Below, piece after piece: positions 36,536 through 48,621 of a DNA stretch of 64,000 nucleotides. A program made the translations under genes and the position numbers. Within the stretch, counting starts at the first letter, position 1, and each line of letters begins with the position of its first letter. A model generated the notes under the pieces. It did not search any database. It saw only the letters and a list, made by a program, of their open reading frames with translations, and had not been told where the DNA came from. Origin of the DNA: Octopus sinensis (lineage: Eukaryota); assembly GCF_006345805.1 (NCBI RefSeq), contig NC_043002.1, positions 66,154,001-66,218,000 of the forward strand. The letters are read 5' to 3'.

Positions 36536-36832
36536 TCTTTATATATAAAAGTGAAGTTGTGTGTCTGTCTCCTACGATTTAGATTCCTAACTACTCCCAC
36601 ATTTTGCAGTGCAGTTTAACCAAAACCGGGTATCTTATAGTTGTGATTCATATCGAGCCCTTCTGGGTATTAGCACACGTCTACAATGAGTCTACGATTT
36701 AAAAAAAAATTTACCATAATTTTTTTTCCATTTTTAATGCATTTTTTTGCTATTTTTTGGCTATAACTCTCTAAAAATGCTTATATAGTTATTTCCCTTA
36801 CAAACCCGAGCAACGCCGGGCGATACTGCTAG
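36536..36832 (+). mobile_element. Non-autonomous Helitron (297 bp)
   Basis: A|TC 5' end; 3' hairpin CCCG-a-GC-aac-GC-CGGG followed by CTAG|T; no TSD. Confidence 0.8.
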
Positions 36833-38300
36833 TATTATATAAAGAGAGAGTGAGATAGGATGGAGGACTGAGGAAATCATTAAAATGTCTGATATCAAGT
36901 CTGCATTAAATTAGTAAAACCAAATGGGTGAAGCCAAAGTGCTTCATAATCCTTTACGACAGATATACCACCTGCAACAAACACCTTACATCAGTAATAC
37001 AATGTAGGTTTACTGTGCCCCAGGGGAGCAAAGACACTTTCTGTGTCCCTACCTTCATCAACAGGCATAATAAATCACAGGAAACTTTTCATTTGATCAC
37101 ATCTTTGGCAATACCCATCCCTTCCTCACTTGCTATGTTTTTGCCTTTCATAATAGGATATGAACCATTAATATCATTGCTTAGAGAAAACAATGTTTTC
37201 ATTCTTCAAATTGATATTTATATGTCAAGAGAACATCTTATCAATTTTTTCTGTTTATATTAACTCTCAGAAGACAAAGCTTGTTTGTGATTCTTCAGCG
37301 AACAAAAGAGCCATTTTATGAAATGCAAAGACAATAAAGATATTGTATTTTAAAATTCTACCATGATGGTGATGGTGGTGGCAGTAGCAGCACCTGTGTG
37401 TGTGGTGCAGGCTCGGGAGTGTGGTAGGTGCACACATTGGTATGTGATTAAAAAGTTTGCTTCCAAATCATATGGTTTCCAGTTCAGTCATATGACATGA
37501 CACGGACAAGTGTCTTTTTCTAGTGTCAGGTCAACCGAAGTCTTGTGATAGAATTGGGTATAGTGTATGGAAACTCAAAGAAACCTGTTGTGTGTGTGTG
37601 TGTTTGTTTCCTTGTCTTGATGTCACACGATGAGTGAGTGAGCATCATTGTCATACAAATGGTGTATTCCATTTCCAATCTTCTGTGAAAACACATCCAG
37701 CCTTGAGGAGATGTTATTTTACTTGGGAACAGGTGAGAGTTGGTGACAGGAAGTGCATCTGGCTGTAGAAAGTCATCTGATTCATGCAAACATAGAAAAG
37801 TACACATTATGCATAGGAGTGACTGTGTGGTAAGTAGTTTGCTTACCAACCACATGATTCCGGGTTCAGTCTCACTGTGTGGCACCTTGGGCAAGTGTTT
37901 TCTACTGTAGCTTCAGGCCGACCAAAGCCTTGTGAGTGGATTTGGTAGATGGAAACTGAAAGAAGCCCATCATATATATGTGTGTGTGTGTGTTTGTACC
38001 ACCACCATTGCTTGACAACTGATGTTGGTGTGTTTATCTCCTCATAACTTAGCAGTTCAGCAAAAGAGACTGATAAAATAGGTATTAGACTTAGAAAGAA
38101 TAAGTCCTGGCATCAATTTGTTTGACTAAAGGCAGCACTCCAGTATGGCCTCAGTCAAGAAGACTGAAACAAAAGAATTAAAATGATGGTGATTATATAT
38201 ACAGATATAGTTGAAATTTATATAGAAAAACAAAAGACGAAGACAAGTGTATGAACAACAAGCAAGTTTATTAGTTTCATGCTTGGGAAAATGAAATAGT

Positions 38301-38336
38301 CTTTTACGTTTCGAGCCTATGCTCTTCAGCAGAAAG
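38301..38336 (-). ncRNA. Minimal hammerhead-like motif, core variant CUGCUGA
   Basis: CTTT-CTGCTGA-A-GAGC atag GCTC-GAAA-CG-TA-AAAG; more decayed copies of this family at 10507-10542(+) and 17187-17222(+). Confidence 0.55.
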
Positions 38337-38488
38337 GAATAAGAGGAAATAAACAGAGAGTGAATGGAAAAACCTGTAAATTTCAGCGATTCATCATGGC
38401 GAATGATATATATATATGTTTGACCGCGTGTCTACCGTTGGCGATTTTTATTCCTCTGTCTTCCCTTCTTTGGATCCTTCCTTTTCCT

Positions 38489-38523
38489 GTTTCTGACGAA
38501 GGGCTCCGTTTGAAATGTTAAAC
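38489..38523 (+). ncRNA. Minimal hammerhead-like motif (CUGACGA core)
   Basis: GTTT-CTGACGA-A-GGGC tcc GTTT-GAAA-TG-TT-AAAC; stems II and III rely on G-U pairs. Confidence 0.5.
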
Positions 38524-39046
38524 CCTCCTTTCCTGAGCATCCAATAATACTATACTTGTTCCACGTCCTCGCGTTGTTGTGTTTTCATGTTTGGATTAAC
38601 TATATATATATATATATATTTCTTTTGTCTTTTACTTATTTCAGTCATTAGACTGCGACCATGCTGGAACACTGCCTTGAATTTTTAGTCAGATGAATCA
38701 ATCCCAGTACTTCTGTTTTAAGCCTGACACTTATTCAATCAGTCTCTTTTGCTAAACCACTAAGTTATGAGGATGTAAACACACCAACACCAGTTGTCAA
38801 GCAGTGTTGGGGGAACAAACACTGGTAGAAAGGCTCACACAGATGTATATATATATATCCATGCACGATGGGCTTCGTTCTGTTTCTTTCTACCAAATCT
38901 ACTCACAAAGCTCTATATGTGTGTGTGTGCATCTTTCTCACACACCACCTCCCCTCACTTCAGGTTACCTTTGCTGCCACCTGTTACCTCCCTAACCCAC
39001 ACCTACTTCCACCTTCCCTCCAAACAGATATTCATGCTTGACTTAG

Positions 39047-39265
39047 CCCTTTCATTACCAACTCGGATGAAACTGGCTCTGGCTCTGAGTATAAATGTGT
39101 TGTTTTCATAAGTTTTCAATTAAAATCTTCCACCAACCTTAGTCACAATTTATGTTCCTAACACTAGCTTAATGATAACTAAGTTATTTTACTAAATACT
39201 TTGTTATATTTAAAATAATTGAAAGAAACACAGAACATCTCAAATAAAATACAGTAATGAAAGGG
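39047..39265. mobile_element. piggyBac-type MITE
   Basis: Perfect 12-bp TIR CCCTTTCATTAC/GTAATGAAAGGG flanked by TTAG and TTAA. Confidence 0.8.
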
Positions 39266-39735
39266 TTAAACACCTAACACTTTATTATGAAATTGAAAGT
39301 AATACTTGTATTAATTTGAATGTTTGAACATTATACTAGGGTCAGTTTAACCTTTAGGTCATCCATGTTTTATCACGTATTCTATACATGCATGGGTCAG
39401 GCGGAATTTGTTGAGCAGATTTTCTACCGCCGGATGACCTTCCAGCCACCAACACTCAGTAATATTTTCCCATGACCAGACGTTTTTCATGGAAGACTGG
39501 AAACTAATAACATTGTTTGTATGATGGTGATGTTCATTTACAACCATCATGTAATGTCAAAACAAGGATACACACACACTAGGTCCAAAGTGTTTGCACA
39601 GTGAGACTGAAAAAGTTTAATGTCTGTCTCACTTGTCATTCTGACAACCACATTGTTATGTACCCACTGGAGTTGTATCTGTTTTGTTTCACTTAGGGAG
39701 CCTTCGAGATTGTTTTAATTTTTATCTACTTGCAG

Positions 39736-39925
39736 TTTGAATACAATTTTAAGCTATTTACCAAAACAGCGTCGGACAGGTCTTTTCTCTGCGACTCAGA
39801 CAGATGAAGTAGAGAAGCTGATCCGGGCTGGCATGAGAAATCCAGTGAGAATATCAGTGAAAGAGAAACAAACCTCAGCCCACATGGTTCAGAGGATTCC
39901 AAGCACCCTGTCCATATTTTACATG
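39736..39925 (+). CDS. DDX55: DDX55 exon 6 ([21 protein letters not shown]...IFYM)
   Basis: ttgcag| acceptor, SAT motif, ATG|gtaaaa donor. Confidence 0.95.
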
Positions 39926-39973
39926 GTAAAACATTGGTATTCTCATCCTTGTGCTTAACTGTCTGTCTTTGCA

Positions 39974-40024
<51 letters not shown>

Positions 40025-41054
40025 CCTTCTCTCTCATACATACTGTCCATAAAGCTTTTTTTTTTTCCAGCTGTAAAAACTATGCTAAAACTGACCTCGC
40101 CTGTGCTGGTGCCACGTAAAAAGCACCCAGTCCACTCTGTAATGTGGTTGGCATTAGGAAAGGGCATCCAGTCATAAAAACCATGCCAAAACAGACACAG
40201 AAGTATGGTGTAATCTTCTATCTGGCCGACTCCTGTCAAACCGTCCAACCCATGCCAGCATGGAAGACGGACATTAAATGATGGTTATTCATTTATTGTA
40301 AATTTACAGCACCATGAAGGTGGCATGTTTGCCAAAATGATTCAGTGTCAGGCTAAACCTTTTAGAAATCATAATTTCTTCTAGGCTGTAAAGGAGGTAC
40401 TAAGGGTGGTGCCATCTGGGTTGATTCCATGCTGTGGTTGTTTTCAAATTTTAACTAAATTTCTCAGAAGGATTCTACATTGATCAGTCCTTGTGATATA
40501 AAAATGATTTACCTATGTTTGGGCTTAAACAACTTGTGTATATATTATTAACTAACTTGGTTTTTCTATTGCATACACCATATTTACTCATGTGTAAGTT
40601 GCACTCCTGTACAAATCAAACCCTTAATTTAGTGTTAACCCTCTCATACCTTGACCCCTGTGTCTAACTTTACCCTCAACCTGAGCTCCTGAGCAAAAAC
40701 ATAAATAAATAGTTGCAACTACAGCTCTAGAGTAACGCTTGCAGGCAAACTAAATGACAGAATCAGTTGCATCTTTTTCTGTCTGTTGTTCATTATTGCT
40801 TTACTTGGAATTTGGCAGAAATGACATTTAACCTTTAATAGGAATATGGCTTGGCAGGGTTAAATCTTAGCACAAAAGTTTTCCCCTTCATAGTTTTAGC
40901 TTTGCCTTCTATAAAAATTGCACCCTAGCTTTTCAGTTAAAAATTAAGGATAAAAATAGTCTGACTTACATACAAGTAAATACAGTTTTTGAGATATGTT
41001 TGTTTATTTATTCAGAGATGACTTTTTTTGTGTTTTTCTTTTACTTTTTGTCAG

Positions 41055-41179
41055 ATCTGTGAGAGTGATGAGAAGTTCAACCAGTTGGTGCACTTCCTTA
41101 GAGAGCACAAAAATGACAAAGTGATGGTTTTCTTGAGCACTTGTGCTGCTGTGGACTATTTTTGTGGTGCACTAAAATT
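41055..41179 (+). CDS. DDX55: DDX55 exon 7 (ICESDEKFNQLVHFL...GALK)
   Basis: tgtcag| acceptor, motif IV region, |gtgagt donor. Confidence 0.93.
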
Positions 41180-42418
41180 GTGAGTCTTTAATAATTGCTA
41201 CAAACTTATTTTTTCTCTCTCATTCACACCCACACACCTGCAGTTGTAATTTGCCTGAAGATCCTGTACTTACACAGGATAATTGCAAGGGACTGATTCA
41301 ACAAAATAAATAAATATATTGGTTCCTGTGCCGATGACACGTAGATAGCGCCATTTAAGTGTGGTCATTGCTAGTGCTGCCTAACTGGCTGCCATGCCAG
41401 TGGCACATAAAAAAAAACTATTTGAGCATGGTTGATGCCAGTACTGCCTGACTGGCCTTCATGCCAGTGGCACATGAAAGCACCCACTACACTCTCGGCA
41501 TGGTTGGCATTAGGAAGGGCATCCTGCTGTAGAAACCTTGCCAGATCAGATTGGAGCCTCGTACAGCCTTCTGGCTTGCCAGTTCTCAGTCAAACTGTCC
41601 AACCCATGCCAGCATGGAAAGCAGGCGCTAAACGATGATGATGACGATGATGATATATGTTTGTGTGTATGTGCAGCTGGCATGGCTGTGTGATTAAGTT
41701 CATTTTCCACTCACCTAATCTCAGGTTCAGTCCCATTGTAGTTGTCTTCTATGATCCCGGACTGACTAAAGCCTTGTGAATGGATTTAGTAAATGGAAAC
41801 TTAAAAATCCATGTTGCATGTGTGTGTGTGTGTGTGTGTGTGTGTTAGTGTGTGTCTTCTTGTCATGATATCATAACTTTCCTGCCATGACAAACACTCC
41901 AGTGTTTCCTCTCCAACCATGACAAGCACTCTCACCTTTCCTACCCTAAAATGCTGCTGTCGTTGATGAGGATGAATCCTTTTCAGTAATGGAGCAGCAT
42001 TATTTTTTTATGAATTTAACAAACATCAAAATGACAACAAAATAATTTTTATCTTTTGTCTATGGGATATGTCACCTTCCCATTTATTCCATGTAATGTT
42101 TCTTGCAAAATCTCCATCATTTCCCCACCTCTCTCTCTCCCTCTCCCCTTACCTCCAGCTAGCTCTCCCTCTTTCATCTTAGCCTTCTTTTTCAGTTTCT
42201 GAACAAATATGCACACATACTGTCTCATACACATACCCAACTTTATAACATATTACTTCCTTCACTGATTTTATACATCTGTATGTTATATATTAATAAT
42301 ATTTCTTTACTGATAGTGTAAGCAGGTGTTAAAAATATCAAATTTATAGTAATAAAAAAATAATTATTGTAATATAAATTTCTACCATTCTCAGTCAAGA
42401 ATCACTTTCCTTTTACAG

Positions 42419-42508
42419 GATTTTGAAAAAACACGTGATTTTAGGCATCCATGGCAAAATGCGGAAGAAAAGGAACAATATTTTTGCCAGATTCCGGAAA
42501 CAGCAAAG
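42419..42508 (+). CDS. DDX55: DDX55 exon 8 (ILKKHVILGIHGKMRKKRNNIFARFRKQQ)
   Basis: ttacag| acceptor, HGKM motif, AG|gtaagt donor. Confidence 0.93.
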
Positions 42509-45137
42509 GTAAGTTAGTTTGCTTTGCACATTAAAAGCACCTGTGCTAGTATCATGTAATAAGCATCCTGTACACTCTGTTAAGCGGTTGGCATTAGGAA
42601 GGCATCTAACCATAGAAACCATGCCAAAACAGATGACTAGAGCCTTTGGCTTACCTATGCCAGCAAGGAAAATGGACATTAAATGATTGTGCCACCAGCA
42701 TGGGAGCTAGCCAGGCAGCACTGGCATGAACCACACTTGAATGGTGCTTTTTATGTATCACTGGCATGGGAGCCAGTCAAGTGGCACTGGCAGCATGGTC
42801 CTTGCTAGTGTTGCCTGACTAGCTCCCATGCTAGTGACACATAAAAAATGCTCACTACATTCTTGGAGTGGTTTGCATTAAGAAGGGCATCAAGCTGTAG
42901 AAACATTGCCAGATCAGATTGGAGCCTAGTGCAGCCTCCTGGTTTGCCAGTCCTCAGTCAAGCCATCCAACCCATGTCAGCATGGAAAGCGGACATTAAA
43001 TGATGATGATCATTATTATTTTGTAACATGGTCAGCTTATAATGGGATGATGGTTGAGTGGTCAAGATATGGACTGCCTAGCCAGATGTCAAGAGTTCAT
43101 TTCAGATGTTGGCATTTCCTTGTGTTTTTAAATTATACTTCGTTGTGTAATCACTTAGCTGCTAGTATTAGCTACCAGGTCATCTGGAAACTTTAGCTGT
43201 GATAACCTGATATTTAATCCAAAGGAATCTGTGTTAAATACTGTGACAGTGGGATGGTCATGCAGATAAGAAGTTTTCTTCCCAACCATGTGGTTCCAGG
43301 TTCAGCCCCACTACATGGCACATTGCATAAATGTCTTCAACTATGGATTCAGATTGACCAAAACCTTGTGAGTGGATTTAGGTGATGGAAACTGAAAGAG
43401 CTCTGTTGCATAGGGCAAGTGACTTCTGCTATAGCCCTAGGCTAACTAAAACATTATGAGTGTGTGTGAATTTCATAGGCAGAAATTGAATGAAGCTTAT
43501 CATTTATTGCTGTGGCACTCTTTTGGTTCCGACAACGAGGGTTCCAGTTAATCCGATCAACGGAACAGCCTGCTCATGAAATTAACATGCAAATGGCTGA
43601 GCACTCCACACACATGTGTATCCTTAACATAGTTCTTTGGGAGATTCAGCGTGACACCGAGTGTGACAAGGTTGGCCCTTTGAAATACAGGTACAACAGA
43701 AACAGGAAGAAAGAGTGAGAGAAAGTTGTGGTGAAAGAGTACAGTAGGGTTCGCCACCACCCCCTGCCGGAGCCACGTGGAGCTTTAGGTGTTTTTCTTC
43801 AATAAACACTCACAACGCTCGGTCTGGGAATCGAAACCGCAATCCTATGACTGCGAATCCACTGCTCTAACCACTGGGCCATTGCACCTCCTTATCATTT
43901 ATATATATATATATATATATATCATCATTATCATTTTAATATCCACCTTTCCCCATGAATGAGATGTGGTCCTTCAACTCATCTTGGAGAGCAGCAACAA
44001 CCTGCCTTACCCGTACCAACAATTACAATGATGTGTATTTAGTTAACTGCGTCAATGCTCCCATTTCACTGGTAATTATTTTATCAACTCTGGATAGTGG
44101 TCTGGGGCTAAATCAAAACAGTATGGAGTGTTTATGGGATTTATGAGTGTTTATTAGATGTTTGGTCCAATGCTCTCTTATTTCTGCTCCTCTATTGTTT
44201 TTTCCAGGCTCTGTGTCAAATAAGAATTCTTTAGGAATCATGTCCAATATGCAACATCACGTCAGTAAGGGAGTGTTTATTCTGTTTGAAATAATAACTA
44301 AATCACCCCCAAATCACCTTACAATTTTCATAAGAAATTATGACACATTGGATAATATAGTCCTAGATACACTATATTTGGAAACAAACTTGGACTTTTG
44401 TTAATAGATCCTCTGGATGAAGCTGACCTGTGGTTACACAAGCACAGTATAACAAGAACAACAACCTAGACCAGAGTTAACTAACTTGGGTTTTAATTCT
44501 TAGTCATACTCTCTTTTTTACTCTTTAACTTGTTTCAGTCATTTGTCTGCGGCTATGCTGGAGCACTGCTTTTAGTCAAGGAAATCGACTCCAGGACTTA
44601 TTCTTTGTAAGCCTAGTACTTAGTCTATCGGTCTCTTTTGCCGAATCGCTAAGGTACAGGGACGTATACACACCAGCATCGGTTGTCAAGCGATGTTGGG
44701 GGGACAAACACAGACACAAATATATACATATATACAACAGGCTTCTTTCAGTTTCCGTCTACCAAATCCACTCACAAGGCTTTGGTTGGCCCGAAGCTAT
44801 AGTGGAAGACACTTGCCCAATATGCCACGCAGTGGGACTGAACCTGGAACCATGTGGTTAGCAAGCAAGCTACTTATCACACAGCCACTCTTGCTTTGAC
44901 ATTTCTCTAACGTCATTTATTCTGATAGCCATAATCTCCTTTGCACTCTTTGCCATAAATCTGAAACCTGTGATGTGTGCTGGAACAGGAGTTGGTTCAC
45001 AGTGAGCCTAAGAAAAATATAGTTCTTCAGACTTAGAAATTTGAAGCCTTGTGCCAATCATATAAGAAATTTGATATTTCTTTGTAAATTTATCAATTCT
45101 TGCTATAAACTGCTTCTGTTTTTATTCTTTCTTTAAG

Positions 45138-45230
45138 TGGAATCCTGATGTGTACTGATGTAATGGCTCGTGGAGTTGATGTTCCTGAGGTTCACTGGGT
45201 ATTTCAATATGACCCACCGAGTTCAGCCAG
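45138..45230 (+). CDS. DDX55: DDX55 exon 9 ([30 protein letters not shown])
   Basis: tttaag| acceptor, motif V (TDVMARGVD), weak donor CAG|gtccct; phase matches exon 10. Confidence 0.92.
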
Positions 45231-47670
45231 GTCCCTTGTTTATTCATCTGCATTTTTTTTTCCATATTTTTGGTTTTCATTGTTTTGTTCTTCAGTGTAA
45301 AAAGCACTGGTGATGGTGCCACTGAAAAAGAACTAGTACTGGTTCTATGTAAAAAGTACTGGTGCCACATAAATAGTACTGGTGATGGTGCCACATATAG
45401 TAGAAGATACTTGCCCAAGGTTCCATGCTGTGGGAATGAACCTAGAAACATGTGGTTGGGAAGCAAACTTCTTACCACACAGCCACATATATATTGTTGA
45501 TTGCCCTCATCAGTGGTGATAATGATTATCTCTAATTTAGACTCAAGGTCACAAATTTAGCAGTACATGGGTAGTTGGTGCCATTAACACCAGTACTTCA
45601 CTGATGTCTCATTTTATCAACCCTCAAGAAGATGAAAGACGTTGCTATTTGAATTCAGAATGTAATTGTAAAAAACAAGAAAAAATACTGCAAAACATTT
45701 TTCTGCCACTCTAAAAAAAATAATAATAATAATAATGATAATTATTATTGCATTTGTACAAGTAAGCTCCAAGTCTCACTCAGAGACCTATGCCATATAT
45801 TTGGTTTTGTACTTAGTGTTGTACTAGTGAATGTCTAAAAAAACATGCAAAAATTATATTTGTTTTAAAACTTGAGATTACATAGAAAGTATTTTGCGTA
45901 GGATATGAGCAGTTCCCATGAGCACTATCTTTTGAATTTCTGCCATTTTTTGGTTTCCTGGTTAGGTAGCAATCAGCCCTTAATCTGAATATAAAGAGCC
46001 TGAACCACAAGGCATTTTATCTGAAGCTAATGAATTTCACTAATCTTTTTGTAAAGTATTTAGTTCTCCACTTTGTTATTCTACCACTCATGTTATCATA
46101 AAAGCATAAACAGATAAATTTCATCATCATCATATATATTATAGTTATACCACATACAGTTCATCATCATTTAACATCCATTTTCCATGCTGGCATGGTT
46201 TCTACAGCTGGCTGCCCTTCCTAACACCAACCACTTTATAGTGTTACGGGTCCTTTTCAAGTGGCATCAACACAGATGCCTTTTTATGTGACACCAGCAT
46301 GGATGCTTTTTATGTGATGCCAGTCCTCATTCTGCATTTTCAACATCATATGGAGGCAAAGTGGCTGAGTTCCTTTCAAGTGTTGGGCCTCATGGAGGCA
46401 ATGACCGAGACTTTTATTTTCACTGAACACCCTCTCATCTCTACTCTACATTTTTGGTGGTTCTTCTCACCCCTCACCCTGTTTGTCACTTGCTACATCC
46501 ACCCTGATCCCTTGTCCTTCTACCTCTGTCACTATGCCTCCCTCCCTACACACACGTCCTATTTTTCTTCTATGGTTTTATCATCTGCTCTCCACCTCCC
46601 CCTTTTATATACTGCCACCTGTCACTTCCTCTGATCCACTCCTATTTTCTTTTACATTCCTTGTCCCCCCACCAACCTGAGAATCACTACTGACCATGCC
46701 TTCTCTCATATTTTCCATTCATTGCATTCACTTCTATTTCCATCTCCCATTTCACACTTTCACAAACATACCCATGCAACCGGCCTTGATTCTCTGACCC
46801 TATTATCTCTTTATCTGACTTCTTGTAACTTGAGTGTATGCCTTGACACCTCATCTCCACTGTTTTCTCTTTCTTACTAGGATAGCCATATGTCTATAGC
46901 AAGACACCTGTTCTTTCCCTCTGTCGTATTTTAGTTTCTCAACATCTGGCCCAAAGCAAACTCCTTCAATGCTATGCCACCACTCAGTTGAAAAGTCTTG
47001 TCTTGTGAGTTACTTTGTGCCCTCATTGTGCTGGTGTCATGAAAAAAGCATCCAGTACACACTGTAAAGTGGTTGGTCTTAGGAAGGGCATCCAGTTGTA
47101 GAAAATGTACCTAAAGAAATTTGGAGCTCAACAGTCCTCTGGCTCATCAGATCCTATCTAACCATTCACTCCATGCCAGCATGGAATACTGGCATTAAAT
47201 GATGATTGTTAGTAATACCATTTACTGTTGGGCCTCACAGGCAAAGTGACTGAGTTCCTTTTGAGTGTTGGGCCTCACAGAGGCAATGACCAAGATCTTT
47301 GGCATTATGTCAAGAAGAAGACCCATCAAGCCAAACAGAATCACAGTCATGGCAGATACTGGTGTCATGCAAATTGGTACCCATGTCAGTGGCATGTAAA
47401 AGCACCCACTACACTTTTGGAGTGGTTGGCGTTAGGAAGGGCATCCAGCTATAGAAAACCATTCCAAATCAGATAGATGCAGCCTTCCAACATGCCAGTC
47501 CAGTCAAGCTGTCCAACCCATACCAGCATGGATGACAGACGTTAAATGATGATGATGATGATGGTAAATATCATCATCTATTGATACAGTAATAACATAT
47601 ACCAATTAATAATGTCATCAGTGTCACACAGAATATAATATTATCCTTTTTGGTTTTTCTCTCTTTCCAG

Positions 47671-47785
47671 TGCTTTTGTTCACCGCAGTGGAAGAACTGC
47701 TCGTATTGGTAACACAGGAAATAGTCTGGTGCTGTTGACCCCAAGTGAAGATGCTTTCATAGAATTTATAGCCAGGAATCAAAAG
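47671..47785 (+). CDS. DDX55: DDX55 exon 10 ([13 protein letters not shown]...ARNQK)
   Basis: ttccag| acceptor, motif VI, AAG|gtcagt donor. Confidence 0.95.
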
Positions 47786-47875
47786 GTCAGTACCTGGAAA
47801 TTTTAATTCTTTCATTACTATATTTCTCTTGAAATATATTGTCTTAGTGTCTACATAGTTTTCTTTCTATTCCAG

Positions 47876-47955
47876 GTGCCAATGCGACAATTTTCCAAAT
47901 CTGATAATGTCCTTCCGGCCATCGATAAACTCAAAAGACTTTCTGAGAAGGACAG
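47876..47955 (+). CDS. DDX55: DDX55 exon 11 (VPMRQFSKSDNVLPAIDKLKRLSEKD)
   Basis: Follows a 90-nt intron; ttccag| acceptor, AG|gtgagc donor. Confidence 0.9.
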
Positions 47956-48621
47956 GTGAGCAATTCTGTCTCCCTTTTTTTTTAATGTTTTTTTCCTCTC
48001 TTTTGTTTACAGACATTGATTCATGCTCACATATACATACATCATCATTTAACGTATTATCCATGCTGGCATGGGGTGGACGGTTTGACAGGTGCTGGCA
48101 AGGCCAGGAGTCACATCAGGTTTCTGTGGTCAGGTGCCCTTCCAATGCCAACCACTTTACAGAGTGTACTGGGTGCTTTTTACGTGGCACCATTACCATT
48201 TTTTGGGTATTAGGGGATGAAATGTGGTTAGGGGAGAAGTTTGACAGATCAGAGCTCCTCGTGGACAAACATTACATGAGGGGTTTTAGGGTATTAATTG
48301 TTGTGGTGGGTAGGTGATTTTTGTATCTATTTTCCTAATCTGGCATGGATTGGAGAGGAAGCACAGTGCATTATTACTATCCTAATAATAATAGTTTGGT
48401 ACTCATAGACAGGTATGGGTTATATATATTGTCATCTCAACTGTAAAACACATTTTGTAAAACCAATAAACAATAAGCCATCAGTAGGGTATAGCAGCAT
48501 CTGATTGTCTAATTGATATTGTGACTGTGACACTTCACTGAGGAAAGTCTTACATCATATATTTCAGTTGACAGGAGAAAGGGTATCAAGTTTGAAAATG
48601 AATTTTCAAACAAATTTTTGA

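Noticed and set aside
45231-47670. U12-type intron
   Set aside because: The donor is not RTATCCTT and there is no TCCTTAAC branch point near the acceptor.
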